Origin: Rickettsiales bacterium | Lineage (GTDB): Bacteria > Pseudomonadota > Alphaproteobacteria > Rickettsiales > UBA3002 | Reading direction: 5' to 3' | Assembly (NCBI GenBank): GCA_022763105.1 | Contig: JALEGK010000019.1 | Coordinates: forward strand, 357-64,356 | DNA length: 64,000 nt | Shown here: piece by piece, positions 1-9,508 of the stretch | How positions within the stretch are numbered: position 1 is the stretch's first letter | Layout: every line of letters starts with the position of its first letter | The notes under the pieces: generated by a model | What the model was told of the DNA's origin: nothing | Databases searched by the model: none | Seen by the model: only the letters and a program-made list of their open reading frames with translations | Translations under genes and position numbers: made by a program

Positions 1-2
1 TG

Positions 3-557
3 AAGCCTAAATTCGGACTATTCTTCTCTCGTCACTCGATTGCTGAGCATGAAGTGCTTGATGGCGTCCAGCAGGTAATTGCATCGGGCAGCTTGGTTCC
101 CATTGCAGTCATCAATGCTGTTGGGCACATGGATGAAAGCTATGTGATCGATTATGTCGATAAAGAATTTTGTATGCGGCTGAATAGCCAAGGCTATCGC
201 ATTTTAGTGGTTGGTAATGCCACGCTTCATCATCGAATTGGTCAGAGCCAAGACCATCAGATGCTGGGCGGTTCTATTACAACGACGAATCATGGGGCTT
301 ATCGGCGTTATTACATTGCTCGCAACCGTATGCGTACCATGCTTCGCTATGGTCTTCGGTCTCCAAGCTTTTTTAACTATGAGCTACTATCACTTGGCTA
401 TGAGCTGTTTCGCGTGATTGGGTTTGAATCACAGCGCGGACCTAAATTGGTTGCGATGGCACGCGGAATATGGGATGCGTTATGTGGCGTTAGCGGTTAT
501 GCCCGCTATGCGGCTTACAAACACAATACTGCATCACCTGTGAAGGATCATGGATAA
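3..557 (+). CDS. Glycosyltransferase family 2 (WbbL/rhamnosyltransferase-like), 3' part only; 5' end lies outside the window
   Basis: The frame is open from nt 3 to TAA 555-557. The peptide ...VIDYVDKEFCMRLNSQGYRILVVGNATLHHRIGQ... resembles the C-terminal half of GT2 rhamnosyltransferases. Recognised by eye only. Confidence 0.5.
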   Translation, partial: KPKFGLFFSRHSIAEHEVLDGVQQVIASGSLVPIAVINAVGHMDESYVIDYVDKEFCMRLNSQGYRILVVGNATLHHRIGQSQDHQMLGGSITTTNHGAYRRYYIARNRMRTMLRYGLRSPSFFNYELLSLGYELFRVIGFESQRGPKLVAMARGIWDALCGVSGYARYAAYKHNTASPVKDHG

Positions 558-1827
558 TCTTCCCCAACTCGATCAAAGTGTCGATCTCGTTCAGAAGTTT
601 GTTGAAACGCATATTCTAACAACGGCCAGCGTTGTGCAGATGGGGTGGTTTATTGCTGCTTTAGCCATTAGCTTCCTTATTGCTAAGCGTGCGCAAAAGC
701 CATTCTCTCGCGCGTTTGAAGGCTTTAAGCATTCGAGCTGGAAAACCCTATACCGTGCGATTGAAGCGATTTTAGTGCCACTCTTTTTAATGGTGCTACT
801 GCTACCTTTACCACTGATTGCTGACATGCAGGAGCTTGATAGTCGCGCGACTTCCGTTGTGCTGAACCTGCTTGGCGCGTGGGTCATTATCCGATTCCTG
901 TCTGCATTTATTGAATATACTGGCTTAGCGCGTGCCTTAGCGATTTTCATTTGGTGTATTGCCGCACTCAGAAGTGTGGATTTATTAGAGCCATTCATCA
1001 ATCAACTTGATGGCTTTGGCTTTATGTTAGGAGAGACACGTATTTCTCCGCTTACCATCCTAAAAGGCTTACTCACCTTTGGTGTCATGCTCTGGTTTGC
1101 CGGATTGCTGGCACGTATTAGTGAACGTCAGATTTCGCAAATTTCACAGATTACGCCATCTTTGCGTGTCTTGATCGGCAAGATCATCCGTACCTTCTTG
1201 ATTATCTTTGCCGTTATTATTGGCCTGAATACGCTTGGTATCGATTTAACCTCACTCGCCGTCTTCTCTGGTGCGATTGGTGTTGGTATCGGTTTTGGTT
1301 TACAAAAAGTCGTCTCGAATTTTGTTAGCGGTATTATTCTGCTCATTGACCGCTCGATTAAACCGGGCGATGTGATTGCCATTGATCAGACATATGGCTG
1401 GGTGAACAAGCTAAGCGCACGCCATGCATCGGTGATTACGCGTGATGGTAAAGAGCATCTGATTCCGAACGAATTGCTGATTACCGAGCGTGTAGAAAAC
1501 TGGTCTTATAGTGATAAGAATGTACGGCTGAAAATTCCGGTGGGTGTCTCTTATAATTGCAACCCGCATGAATGCCTGAAGCTGTTGCTTGAAGCGGCTG
1601 ACGAGACCCCTCGAATTTTGAGTTACCCAAAACCGAATGCTTTGGTGATGGGTTTTGGCGATAGCTCGGTTGATTTGGAATTGCGTGCGTGGATCAATGA
1701 CCCCGCCAATGGTGTGAGTAATATCACCAGTGAATTATTGCTGAATATCTGGGACAAGTTTCAAGAGCACAATGTTGAGATTCCATTCCCTCAGCGGGAT
1801 GTGCATATCAAATCTGGTTCTAGCTAA
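550..1827 (+). CDS. MscS-family mechanosensitive ion channel
   Basis: 425-aa ORF with several N-terminal TM helices followed by GLQKVVSNFVSGIILLIDRSIKPGDVI, the MscS TM3/beta-domain signature. The ATG overlaps the upstream stop by 8 nt. Confidence 0.85.
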   Translation: MDNLPQLDQSVDLVQKFVETHILTTASVVQMGWFIAALAISFLIAKRAQKPFSRAFEGFKHSSWKTLYRAIEAILVPLFLMVLLLPLPLIADMQELDSRATSVVLNLLGAWVIIRFLSAFIEYTGLARALAIFIWCIAALRSVDLLEPFINQLDGFGFMLGETRISPLTILKGLLTFGVMLWFAGLLARISERQISQISQITPSLRVLIGKIIRTFLIIFAVIIGLNTLGIDLTSLAVFSGAIGVGIGFGLQKVVSNFVSGIILLIDRSIKPGDVIAIDQTYGWVNKLSARHASVITRDGKEHLIPNELLITERVENWSYSDKNVRLKIPVGVSYNCNPHECLKLLLEAADETPRILSYPKPNALVMGFGDSSVDLELRAWINDPANGVSNITSELLLNIWDKFQEHNVEIPFPQRDVHIKSGSS

Positions 1828-1835
1828 TAGATACC

Positions 1836-3350
1836 TCAGGGGCCGAGCGCATGGCTGGCCGTATAGGCATTTCGGTATACCTGTTCGATTGGCCGGCTTA
1901 GGACGGCATCCTCCAATTCTTTACCTTCTAATTGCCCGTCATTGAGTGGCAGAATATGTAACCAGCATTGCGACTCATTGGTTGGTTTCGATTTCAAGTC
2001 GGGATCAGAGCGAATATGAAGCTTGCCACTAATATCTCTTAACTGCTCATCACCTGAATAACGGTTATTGTAAAGACCGTGTAGCGCCTCTGCGAAGAAT
2101 GTCCGCAATACCGGCACTTCTTCAGAACGGAAATTCTTTTGGATGTATTCTTCATCCATTTCCATAACGAATACTTCTTTTACATCACGCTTATTATACG
2201 CATTCCCAAGCGCCTGCGATTCTGCCAGAGGTCTGCTCGACAAGCCTTCAACATCGGCATGGATACCCGCATAGACGCGCCCGTCCGCACGCACCACCAA
2301 CACCGCCTTAATTTTGTGGACCTTGCCTTGAGACAAGGCATCCTGATGTTCCACGCAGGTGTTCTTGATCATATTGCTTAGATATTTATTCACGCGCTCT
2401 AATGTGTAGCCGTTTTTTCCATCACCTAGATCTTCTAGTAACGGCACGCGCGCTGTATCGCCGCGCCCTAAGATGTCTCGAATTTCATTGGCGCTTCCTT
2501 TTTGTACGGCTAGCGGCTTGGGAAGCTCGCCATCGCGCATGTAATCTAGGCCTCGGCGTATCACTTGCTGCCAGTGCTGTCCGTCATATTCACCGTGACG
2601 TTTCATACCAATTTTATAGGTTGGACTAAGATTGCTCATCTCCATAGCAAAGGCTTTGCCTTCTTCACCATCGGCAGAAATATCCGCACGCACTTCATCA
2701 GACCGGTCTACAAGATCCATCTGCGCTTCTTTTCCGGGGCCGTATTTTTCGGGTAAGTAAGGTACAGAAACAAACACCGCGTTACTATTGATGAAGCGAT
2801 CATTGGTTAACTCCTCACGACAGGTGCCGCATGGCAGCGCATGTGCTCCTTCGGGGCCCTTTCTATCCATCGTGATATAGGTTTTGGTTACTTTAAATTG
2901 GTCAACTCCGACATTGCCTTTGAGCATGGCTATGCCATTTGCTTCTGCACAAAAGCGTTGCGTTGCCGATCTTGGGTCTGCATTCACCGTAATGTACATG
3001 CGATGTCGAGGGTTTTGCTTGTCACGCATGTCAGTAATAATATGCGCGGCGGCTGTTTTGGTTTGGCTTCTGTCATCATAGCCCATTGGGATTTTGTAAT
3101 AGAGCGCCTTGAGCGCTACATTCAGCTCATCTTGTTTCGAAAGATGAAGCTCATCTAGCGTCGCTTCTGTTAGATTTTCATTGTCATTATCCGAGAAATC
3201 TTGCGCATCGGGATTGGCTCGCTGCCCACGGAAGAAACGCACCTGCCAGCCATCGGTATAGATGTGAATTGGTTGCGACTGGTCACCCTCAGATGGGGTG
3301 AATGTGTCTACAAACCGAAGCGCTTCACCATGATATATTTTGTTTGCCAT
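1836..3350 (-). CDS. Tandem cytidine-deaminase-fold protein (one intact zinc site, one degenerate repeat); substrate unknown
   Basis: 504 aa. Residues 134-136 CAE and 173-177 PCGTC form the [HC]AE...PCxxC zinc/catalytic signature of the CDA superfamily. A second CDA-like segment (..VRADGRVYAGIHADVEGLSSRPLAESQALGNA..) has no Cys ligands. Confidence 0.55.
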   Translation of the reverse strand: MANKIYHGEALRFVDTFTPSEGDQSQPIHIYTDGWQVRFFRGQRANPDAQDFSDNDNENLTEATLDELHLSKQDELNVALKALYYKIPMGYDDRSQTKTAAAHIITDMRDKQNPRHRMYITVNADPRSATQRFCAEANGIAMLKGNVGVDQFKVTKTYITMDRKGPEGAHALPCGTCREELTNDRFINSNAVFVSVPYLPEKYGPGKEAQMDLVDRSDEVRADISADGEEGKAFAMEMSNLSPTYKIGMKRHGEYDGQHWQQVIRRGLDYMRDGELPKPLAVQKGSANEIRDILGRGDTARVPLLEDLGDGKNGYTLERVNKYLSNMIKNTCVEHQDALSQGKVHKIKAVLVVRADGRVYAGIHADVEGLSSRPLAESQALGNAYNKRDVKEVFVMEMDEEYIQKNFRSEEVPVLRTFFAEALHGLYNNRYSGDEQLRDISGKLHIRSDPDLKSKPTNESQCWLHILPLNDGQLEGKELEDAVLSRPIEQVYRNAYTASHALGP

Positions 3351-3448
3351 AATTATCCCGTGCCTTTAACACATGCTAATATTAAAGCACTGAGATAACG
3401 TTATAAATAGCTGTTTTAAAACTTCATCCAGCTGTCATATATGCGTGA

Positions 3449-6187
3449 TTAGGGCAGCATGCTTTTAAGCTCGTATAAGAGCTCAAGCGCTTGTTTTGGC
3501 GTCATATCATCAACAGAAGATTCTTTTATTTTTTCTTCTATTTCAGAAGGTTCCGCATCGGCAACAGAATTGCTTTGCTGGAAGAGTGGCAACATATCGG
3601 TGGTTTCGGACAATATTTTAGCCTCATTACCTGATTCGAGCGTTTTTAACAGATGTTTGGCCCGATTCGTGACATCGGCAGGCAATCCGGCTAATTGGGC
3701 TACATGAATGCCGTAAGAGCGGTCTGCAGCACCTTGCGCCACTTGATGGAGGAACACGACCTCGCCCTTCCATTCTTTGACCTGCATGCGATAGCTTGAA
3801 AGCGCAGCCAGCTCTTCTGAAAGTGCGGTTAGCTCATGATAATGGGTGGCAAATAGCCCACGACATTGGATGCTATTATGCAAATATTCAACCACGGCCC
3901 ATGCGATAGACAAGCCGTCATGGGTTGCGGTTCCTCGGCCAATTTCATCTAAAATCACCAATGATTTTGGCGTCGATTGATTGAGAATCGTCGCCGTCTC
4001 GACCATTTCCACCATAAAGGTAGAACGTCCGCGCGCGAGGTCATCAGCAGCCCCCACACGGCTGAATAGGCGGTCGATGATGCCGATTTGTGCCTCATCT
4101 GCTGGCACATAGCTTCCCATTTGCGCGAGGATCGCAATCAGCGCATTCTGACGCAGAAAGGTACTTTTACCTGCCATATTCGGGCCGGTAAGCAGCCACA
4201 GTTTTTGGTTTTCTGATAGATCGCAATCATTACCAATAAATCGCTCTGACTGGGTACGTACCGCCTGCTCTACCACCGGATGGCGACCATTCTTGATGTT
4301 AAACACATTTGAATCATCGACTTGCGGGCAGCAATAATTTTCTGATTCTGCCAACTGGGCAAGCGCGCAAATCACATCGCAATTGGCAAGCGCCCGTGCG
4401 GCTTTGGTAATTTCGTCTGCCTGTGATTTAATGCGTTCTAGTAATTCCTCAAATAGCTGAAGCTCTAGCTGCAAAGATTTATCCGCAGCTTCATGAATTT
4501 TACGTGCGACATCGTTTAACTCGGTGGTGGTGTAGCGCAAATTATTGGCGAGCGTTTGGCGATGAATGAAGAATTCAGGCACCTTGCTTTCATGACTTGC
4601 TGTCACGTCGATGAAATAACCCAACACGTTATTGAATTTGATTTTCAGCGTGCTAATGCCGGTATCATCGGCATAACGCTTTTGCATGGTCGCGATGATC
4701 TGTTTCGATTCATCACGTAGGTTACGTAACTCATCGAGGTCTGCGCGGTAGTCTTTGCGGATAAACCCGCCGTCACGCGCCATCAGCGGCAATTCATCTG
4801 CCAGTGCGGCTTTGAGCGTATCAATCAGCGCCTCATGGTTGGCGAATTCTTCGATCCAGCCATTCACTGATGCCGGAACGGAAGCCGCAAAATCTGGATC
4901 TTGCTGCTGATTTTGAATCAGGGATTTAATCTGAACGGCTTGGGCTAGCCCTTTGCCAATCGCCTGCATATCTCGCGGGCCGCCCCGCCCTAAGCACAGA
5001 CGTGATAGAGCGCGCTCTATATCGGGTGTTTCCGATAAGCATTCGGTAATTGAGTTATGCAGCGAAGAATGGCCTAAGCACCATGCAATCCCCGCTTGGC
5101 GTTCCTTGATGAGTGCGAGATGACATAATGGAGCCATCAGCCAATTGGCTATCAGGCGGCCTCCGGCAGAGGTTTTGGTGCGATCGATGACGCTCAGCAA
5201 GCTACCACGTCTTGTGCCGGATAGCGTGCTGACCAATTCAAGGTTGCGTCTGGTCGCCGCATCGATGACCATTGCATTAGCGGCCTGCTCTTTGGTTGGG
5301 ATATCTAGACGTGGCAAACTATCGATCTGGGTGAGTTTGACATATTCGATCAGCGCACCACATGCCGCAATGTCGGATGCGGTGTAATCGCCTAACCCTT
5401 CGAGCGAGAATACCCCGAAGAAACTTTTGAACGAATGTTCAGTTTTATTGAGAGAGAATTGGCTGTGAGGCTGTATATTCAACAGGTCTGTGTATTCTTG
5501 TGTAATGCCAGAACAACGTGCATCTTCCAATATGGCATCGGAAATGAGCAACTCTTTCGGCTCGATTCGCGCGATCTCAGCCATGAGCTGTTCTGGCGCG
5601 CTATCGCTCACATAGAATGCGCCTGTAGAGATATCGAGCCACGCAATCGACCAACAGCCTTTTGCTTCTGCAATTGCAGCAAGATAATGCGCACGGTCTG
5701 GTGCTAGCAAAGCATCTTCTGTGATGGTGCCAGGCGTGACAATGCGCACAACATCGCGGTGCACTACCGCCTTGTGCCCTGCCCGTTTCTTCGCTTCTTC
5801 TGGTGTTTCGAGCTGCTCGCAAATCGCCACTGTGCGCCCCGATGCGATGAGTTTTTGCAAGTACATTTCATGTGAATGCACAGGCACGCCGCACATTGGG
5901 ATGTCTTCGCCGCCATGTTTTCCACGTTTTGTCAGTGCGATATCGAGGATTTCAGCGGCGTCTTCGGCATCTTCAAAGAATAGCTCGTAAAAGTCTCCCA
6001 TGCGGTAGAAAAGCAAGGCTTCTTCGTGGTTTAGCTTGATTTGAAGAAATTGCTTCATTGCCGGGGTGGCGTCGTCAAGCGAACGTGATGATGCTGTAGC
6101 CCTAGGATTTCCTTGCATTTTTGCTGCGCTGCAACGTGCGTTTTCGCTTTGCATTTCGTTTTCTGTAGCTATAGTCGTCGCTTTCAA
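3449..6187 (-). CDS. mutS: DNA mismatch repair protein MutS
   Basis: Contains FYRMGDFYELF, Walker A GPNMAGKST, STFMVEM and DEIGRGT, plus a C-terminal MLPLFQQ clamp-binding-like motif. The start is uncertain: TTG 6187 (maximal ORF), ATG 6154 or ATG 6121. Confidence 0.95.
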   Translation of the reverse strand: MKATTIATENEMQSENARCSAAKMQGNPRATASSRSLDDATPAMKQFLQIKLNHEEALLFYRMGDFYELFFEDAEDAAEILDIALTKRGKHGGEDIPMCGVPVHSHEMYLQKLIASGRTVAICEQLETPEEAKKRAGHKAVVHRDVVRIVTPGTITEDALLAPDRAHYLAAIAEAKGCWSIAWLDISTGAFYVSDSAPEQLMAEIARIEPKELLISDAILEDARCSGITQEYTDLLNIQPHSQFSLNKTEHSFKSFFGVFSLEGLGDYTASDIAACGALIEYVKLTQIDSLPRLDIPTKEQAANAMVIDAATRRNLELVSTLSGTRRGSLLSVIDRTKTSAGGRLIANWLMAPLCHLALIKERQAGIAWCLGHSSLHNSITECLSETPDIERALSRLCLGRGGPRDMQAIGKGLAQAVQIKSLIQNQQQDPDFAASVPASVNGWIEEFANHEALIDTLKAALADELPLMARDGGFIRKDYRADLDELRNLRDESKQIIATMQKRYADDTGISTLKIKFNNVLGYFIDVTASHESKVPEFFIHRQTLANNLRYTTTELNDVARKIHEAADKSLQLELQLFEELLERIKSQADEITKAARALANCDVICALAQLAESENYCCPQVDDSNVFNIKNGRHPVVEQAVRTQSERFIGNDCDLSENQKLWLLTGPNMAGKSTFLRQNALIAILAQMGSYVPADEAQIGIIDRLFSRVGAADDLARGRSTFMVEMVETATILNQSTPKSLVILDEIGRGTATHDGLSIAWAVVEYLHNSIQCRGLFATHYHELTALSEELAALSSYRMQVKEWKGEVVFLHQVAQGAADRSYGIHVAQLAGLPADVTNRAKHLLKTLESGNEAKILSETTDMLPLFQQSNSVADAEPSEIEEKIKESSVDDMTPKQALELLYELKSMLP

Positions 6188-6241
6188 AGTGGCCTCTATC
6201 GTGGGAATAGCGGGTATTTAATAAAGGATACGGGACAGGAA

Positions 6242-8749
6242 ATGAGTAGAGAAAAAGTAACAGATGTGAATATTAAAATCACCGATGATGATGCGCTGTA
6301 TTTCCACAGCAAGGGTCAGCCGGGAAAATTGGCGATCAAGGCAACTAAGCCTCTCTTAACCCAACGTGATTTGTCACTAGGCTATTCGCCGGGTGTTGCT
6401 GTCCCTTGTGAGCGCATCGCGAAAGACGAAGATGCGGCTTATGATTACACCGCAAAAGGTAACTTTGTTGCTGTTATCTCTAACGGTACTGCGGTGCTCG
6501 GCCTTGGTAAACTTGGCGCACTGGCTTCTAAACCCGTCATGGAAGGTAAAGCGATTCTGTTTAAGCGCTTTGCGGATATTGATGGGATTGACGTGGAAGT
6601 TGATACCACGGATGCCGACGAATTTATCAATGCCGTCAAGCTTATCTCTCCTACTTATGGTGGTATTAACCTAGAGGACATCGCTGCTCCTGATTGCTTT
6701 ATCATTGAGCAGAAGCTGAAAGAACTGTGCGATATACCTGTATTCCACGACGATCAGCACGGTACCGCGATTATTGCTGCTGCGGGTATTATCAATGCGG
6801 CTGACATTACGGGCCGTAAAATTTCAGACCTTAAAGTGGTGGTGAATGGTGCTGGCGCTGCGGGTATGTCTTGCCTAGAGCTACTGAAGACCATGGGTGT
6901 GAAGCATCAGAATGTGTTCTTGTGTGACCGCAGCGGTGTTGTTTATGAAGGCCGTACCGAGTCGATGAACCAATGGAAATCTAAGCACGCGGTTAAAACC
7001 AAAAAGCGCAGCCTGCTTGATGCTATGACTGGTGCAGACGTATTCTTGGGTCTATCGGTTGCGGGTGCCGTTGATAAGAAAATGGTGAAAGCGATGGCGA
7101 AGAATCCGATTATCTTCGCGATGGCAAACCCAACCCCAGAGATTATGCCAGAAGAAATTCTGGAAGTGCGCAAAGACGCGATCATCGCGACGGGACGTTC
7201 TGATTATCCGAACCAAGTGAATAATGTGATGGGTTTCCCATACATTTTCCGTGGCGCTTTGGATGTACGCGCAAAAGAAATCAACGAAGAGATGAAACTA
7301 GCGGCGGCTGAAGCACTTGCCATGCTAGCGCGTGAAGATGTGCCAGAAGAAGTATCTGCTGCTTATTCAGGACGTGAGCTTAAATATGGTCCGGGCTATA
7401 TTATTCCTGCACCGTTTGACCCTCGTCTTATTACCACGGTTCCGGTTGCAGTGGCAGAAGCCGCTATGGAAACTGGCGTGGCTCGTAAACCAATTCAGGA
7501 TTTCGAGGCATATAAACAAGAGCTATCGGCTCGTCTAGACCCGACAGCGAACAGCCTGAATCAAATCTTCGATAAGGTAAAAGCGAATCCACAACGCATT
7601 ATCTTTGCAGAGGGTGAAGAAGAGAAGACCATTCGCGCGGCGATTCACTGGCGCGATAATGGTTACGGACAGCCAATTCTGGTTGGTCGTGCGGATCGCA
7701 TTCATTCGACCATGCGTCAGATTGGCTTGAAGAAAACTGAAGATGTTGAGATTGCTAACGCCGCTGTTAGCCCACATGTACAAGAGTATATCGACTTCCT
7801 GTATGACAAGCTTCAGCGTCAGGGTTTCATCTACCGTGATATCGTTCGTATGGTGAAGAATGATCGTAACATCTTTGCGTCATGTATGCTTGCTTGCGGT
7901 CATGGTGATGCGATGATTACCGGTCTAACCCGTGGCTATAACCGTGCGCTAGAGAATGTCTGCCGTGCGATTGGCCCTAAGGATGGTGAGAACCCGTTTG
8001 CCACGACCATGATGGTGTCTAAGCACCGTACTGTGTTTATTTCCGATGTGGCTGTACAAGAGCTACCAAGCGCTGAAGAGCTGGCTGATATTGCAGAACA
8101 AACCGCGATGAAGGCGAAGCAGATGGGCCACGAGCCTCGCGTCGCGTTCTTGTCTTACTCTAACTTCGGTAACCCGATGAAAGAGAAGTCTCAGCGTGTA
8201 CGTGATGCGGTTAAGGTGATGGAAGGTCGCAATGTCGACTTTGAATTCGACGGTGAAATGGCCGCTGATGTAGCGCTCAATAAAGAGCTATTATCACTTT
8301 ACCCATTCTGCCGCTTAAGCGAGCCAGCAAACGTACTCGTTATGCCTGCGCTTCACTCTGCTCACATTGCTTCTCGTCTTCTTACTGAATTGAGTGACGG
8401 TGTGAATATCGGCCCAATCCTATGTGGTCTAGAGAAGCCGGTACAGATTGTTCAGATGGATGCATCTGTGGCTGATATCATTAACTTAGCAGCCATTGCA
8501 TCGATTGATGCGATTGATAAAAAAGGCCCAGTGCCACAACCTAGCGCAAAACGCAATAAGCCTAAGGCTGGCACGAAGACAGCTCGAAGCAAAACGCAAA
8601 AACGTCCGGTAAAGAAAGCTGCGACAACAAAAGCGACTGCTACAAAAACGAAGAAGTCTTCTGCCAAAAAAGCGACTGCTAAAAAAGCCCCAGCAAAGAA
8701 GAAAGCGCCGGCTAAGAAAGCATCTGCCGCTAAAAAAAAGGCTAGTTAA
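6242..8749 (+). CDS. maeB: NADP-dependent malic enzyme (malic enzyme plus PTA-like domain) with a Lys/Ala-rich C-terminal tail
   Basis: Starts MSREKVTD... after GGACAGGAA. Has malic-enzyme N-terminal and NAD(P) domains (VVNGAGAAG) and a long phosphate-acetyltransferase-like C-terminal domain. ATG 6242 is preferred over the ORF-track start 6113, which overlaps mutS. Confidence 0.9.
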   Translation: MSREKVTDVNIKITDDDALYFHSKGQPGKLAIKATKPLLTQRDLSLGYSPGVAVPCERIAKDEDAAYDYTAKGNFVAVISNGTAVLGLGKLGALASKPVMEGKAILFKRFADIDGIDVEVDTTDADEFINAVKLISPTYGGINLEDIAAPDCFIIEQKLKELCDIPVFHDDQHGTAIIAAAGIINAADITGRKISDLKVVVNGAGAAGMSCLELLKTMGVKHQNVFLCDRSGVVYEGRTESMNQWKSKHAVKTKKRSLLDAMTGADVFLGLSVAGAVDKKMVKAMAKNPIIFAMANPTPEIMPEEILEVRKDAIIATGRSDYPNQVNNVMGFPYIFRGALDVRAKEINEEMKLAAAEALAMLAREDVPEEVSAAYSGRELKYGPGYIIPAPFDPRLITTVPVAVAEAAMETGVARKPIQDFEAYKQELSARLDPTANSLNQIFDKVKANPQRIIFAEGEEEKTIRAAIHWRDNGYGQPILVGRADRIHSTMRQIGLKKTEDVEIANAAVSPHVQEYIDFLYDKLQRQGFIYRDIVRMVKNDRNIFASCMLACGHGDAMITGLTRGYNRALENVCRAIGPKDGENPFATTMMVSKHRTVFISDVAVQELPSAEELADIAEQTAMKAKQMGHEPRVAFLSYSNFGNPMKEKSQRVRDAVKVMEGRNVDFEFDGEMAADVALNKELLSLYPFCRLSEPANVLVMPALHSAHIASRLLTELSDGVNIGPILCGLEKPVQIVQMDASVADIINLAAIASIDAIDKKGPVPQPSAKRNKPKAGTKTARSKTQKRPVKKAATTKATATKTKKSSAKKATAKKAPAKKKAPAKKASAAKKKAS

Positions 8750-8770
8750 GCCTTAGTCAATTATTTGGGA

Positions 8771-9469
8771 TTAGTTAGAGGCCTGGTTGAGTTTTTCCTC
8801 ATACCAGGTCTCTCCGATCTCGATTTTCTCGCGACCTTTAGAGACACGCCAGTCATTGCTATCACGCAAACTATAGATGCATCCACAATATTGCTGCGCA
8901 TAGAAACTCTCGCGTTTGGCAATGTCATACATGCGGGCACCGCCGCCATTTTTGCGCCAATTATAGGTCCAGTATTCCACACCATCATAATGCTCGGCTG
9001 CTCTGATGCCGCAATCATTGATCTGGTCCATATTCTTCCAACGAGAAATACCCAGCGATGAAGTAATAATCGGGAAGCCATTCTCGTGTGCATAAAGAGC
9101 GGTACGCTCGAAGCGCATGTCAAAGCACATGGTACAACGCACACCGCGCTCTGGCTCGTGCTCCATGCCTTTGGCACGTGAGAACCAGTTTTGCACATCA
9201 TAATCTGCATCGATGAAGGGAATACCCATTTTCTCTGCGAAGCGAATATTCTCTTCCTTGCGAATGTTATATTCTTTGAGCGGATGAATATTGGGATTGT
9301 AGAAGAATATATGCAGATCAATGCCGTTGGCTAGCATCTGCTCCATCAGCTCGCCCGCACAAGGCGCACAGCATGAATGCATGAGGACCTTATTCTCGCC
9401 ATTTGGCGGAGTCAGGTCGATATGCTTGGCGACTTCCATTGCGCCATCTTGCTGTAGAGTCATAGTCAT
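8771..9469 (-). CDS. queH: Epoxyqueuosine reductase QueH (DUF208)
   Basis: Contains [17 protein letters not shown] and QQYCGCIYS, the cysteine pattern and length typical of QueH. Confidence 0.8.
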   Translation of the reverse strand: MTMTLQQDGAMEVAKHIDLTPPNGENKVLMHSCCAPCAGELMEQMLANGIDLHIFFYNPNIHPLKEYNIRKEENIRFAEKMGIPFIDADYDVQNWFSRAKGMEHEPERGVRCTMCFDMRFERTALYAHENGFPIITSSLGISRWKNMDQINDCGIRAAEHYDGVEYWTYNWRKNGGGARMYDIAKRESFYAQQYCGCIYSLRDSNDWRVSKGREKIEIGETWYEEKLNQASN

Positions 9470-9508
9470 GTGGTGGGTTATGCGGGAAATTTAGTGTAAA
9501 ATCAAGTG

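Noticed and set aside
6113-6241. N-terminal extension of the maeB ORF (the ORF track starts at 6113)
   Set aside because: The extension overlaps the mutS 5' end on the opposite strand and translates to a Cys/Phe-rich, non-protein-like peptide. ATG 6242, with an upstream purine-rich RBS, gives a normal MaeB N-terminus.
8732-8739. A8 homopolymer near the end of maeB, considered as a phase-variation tract
   Set aside because: Slippage would change only the last few residues of the Lys/Ala tail. The tract is simply a run of Lys AAA codons in context.
8761-9321. 186-aa ORF overlapping queH in another frame
   Set aside because: The queH frame carries the conserved cysteine motifs. The alternative frame has none.
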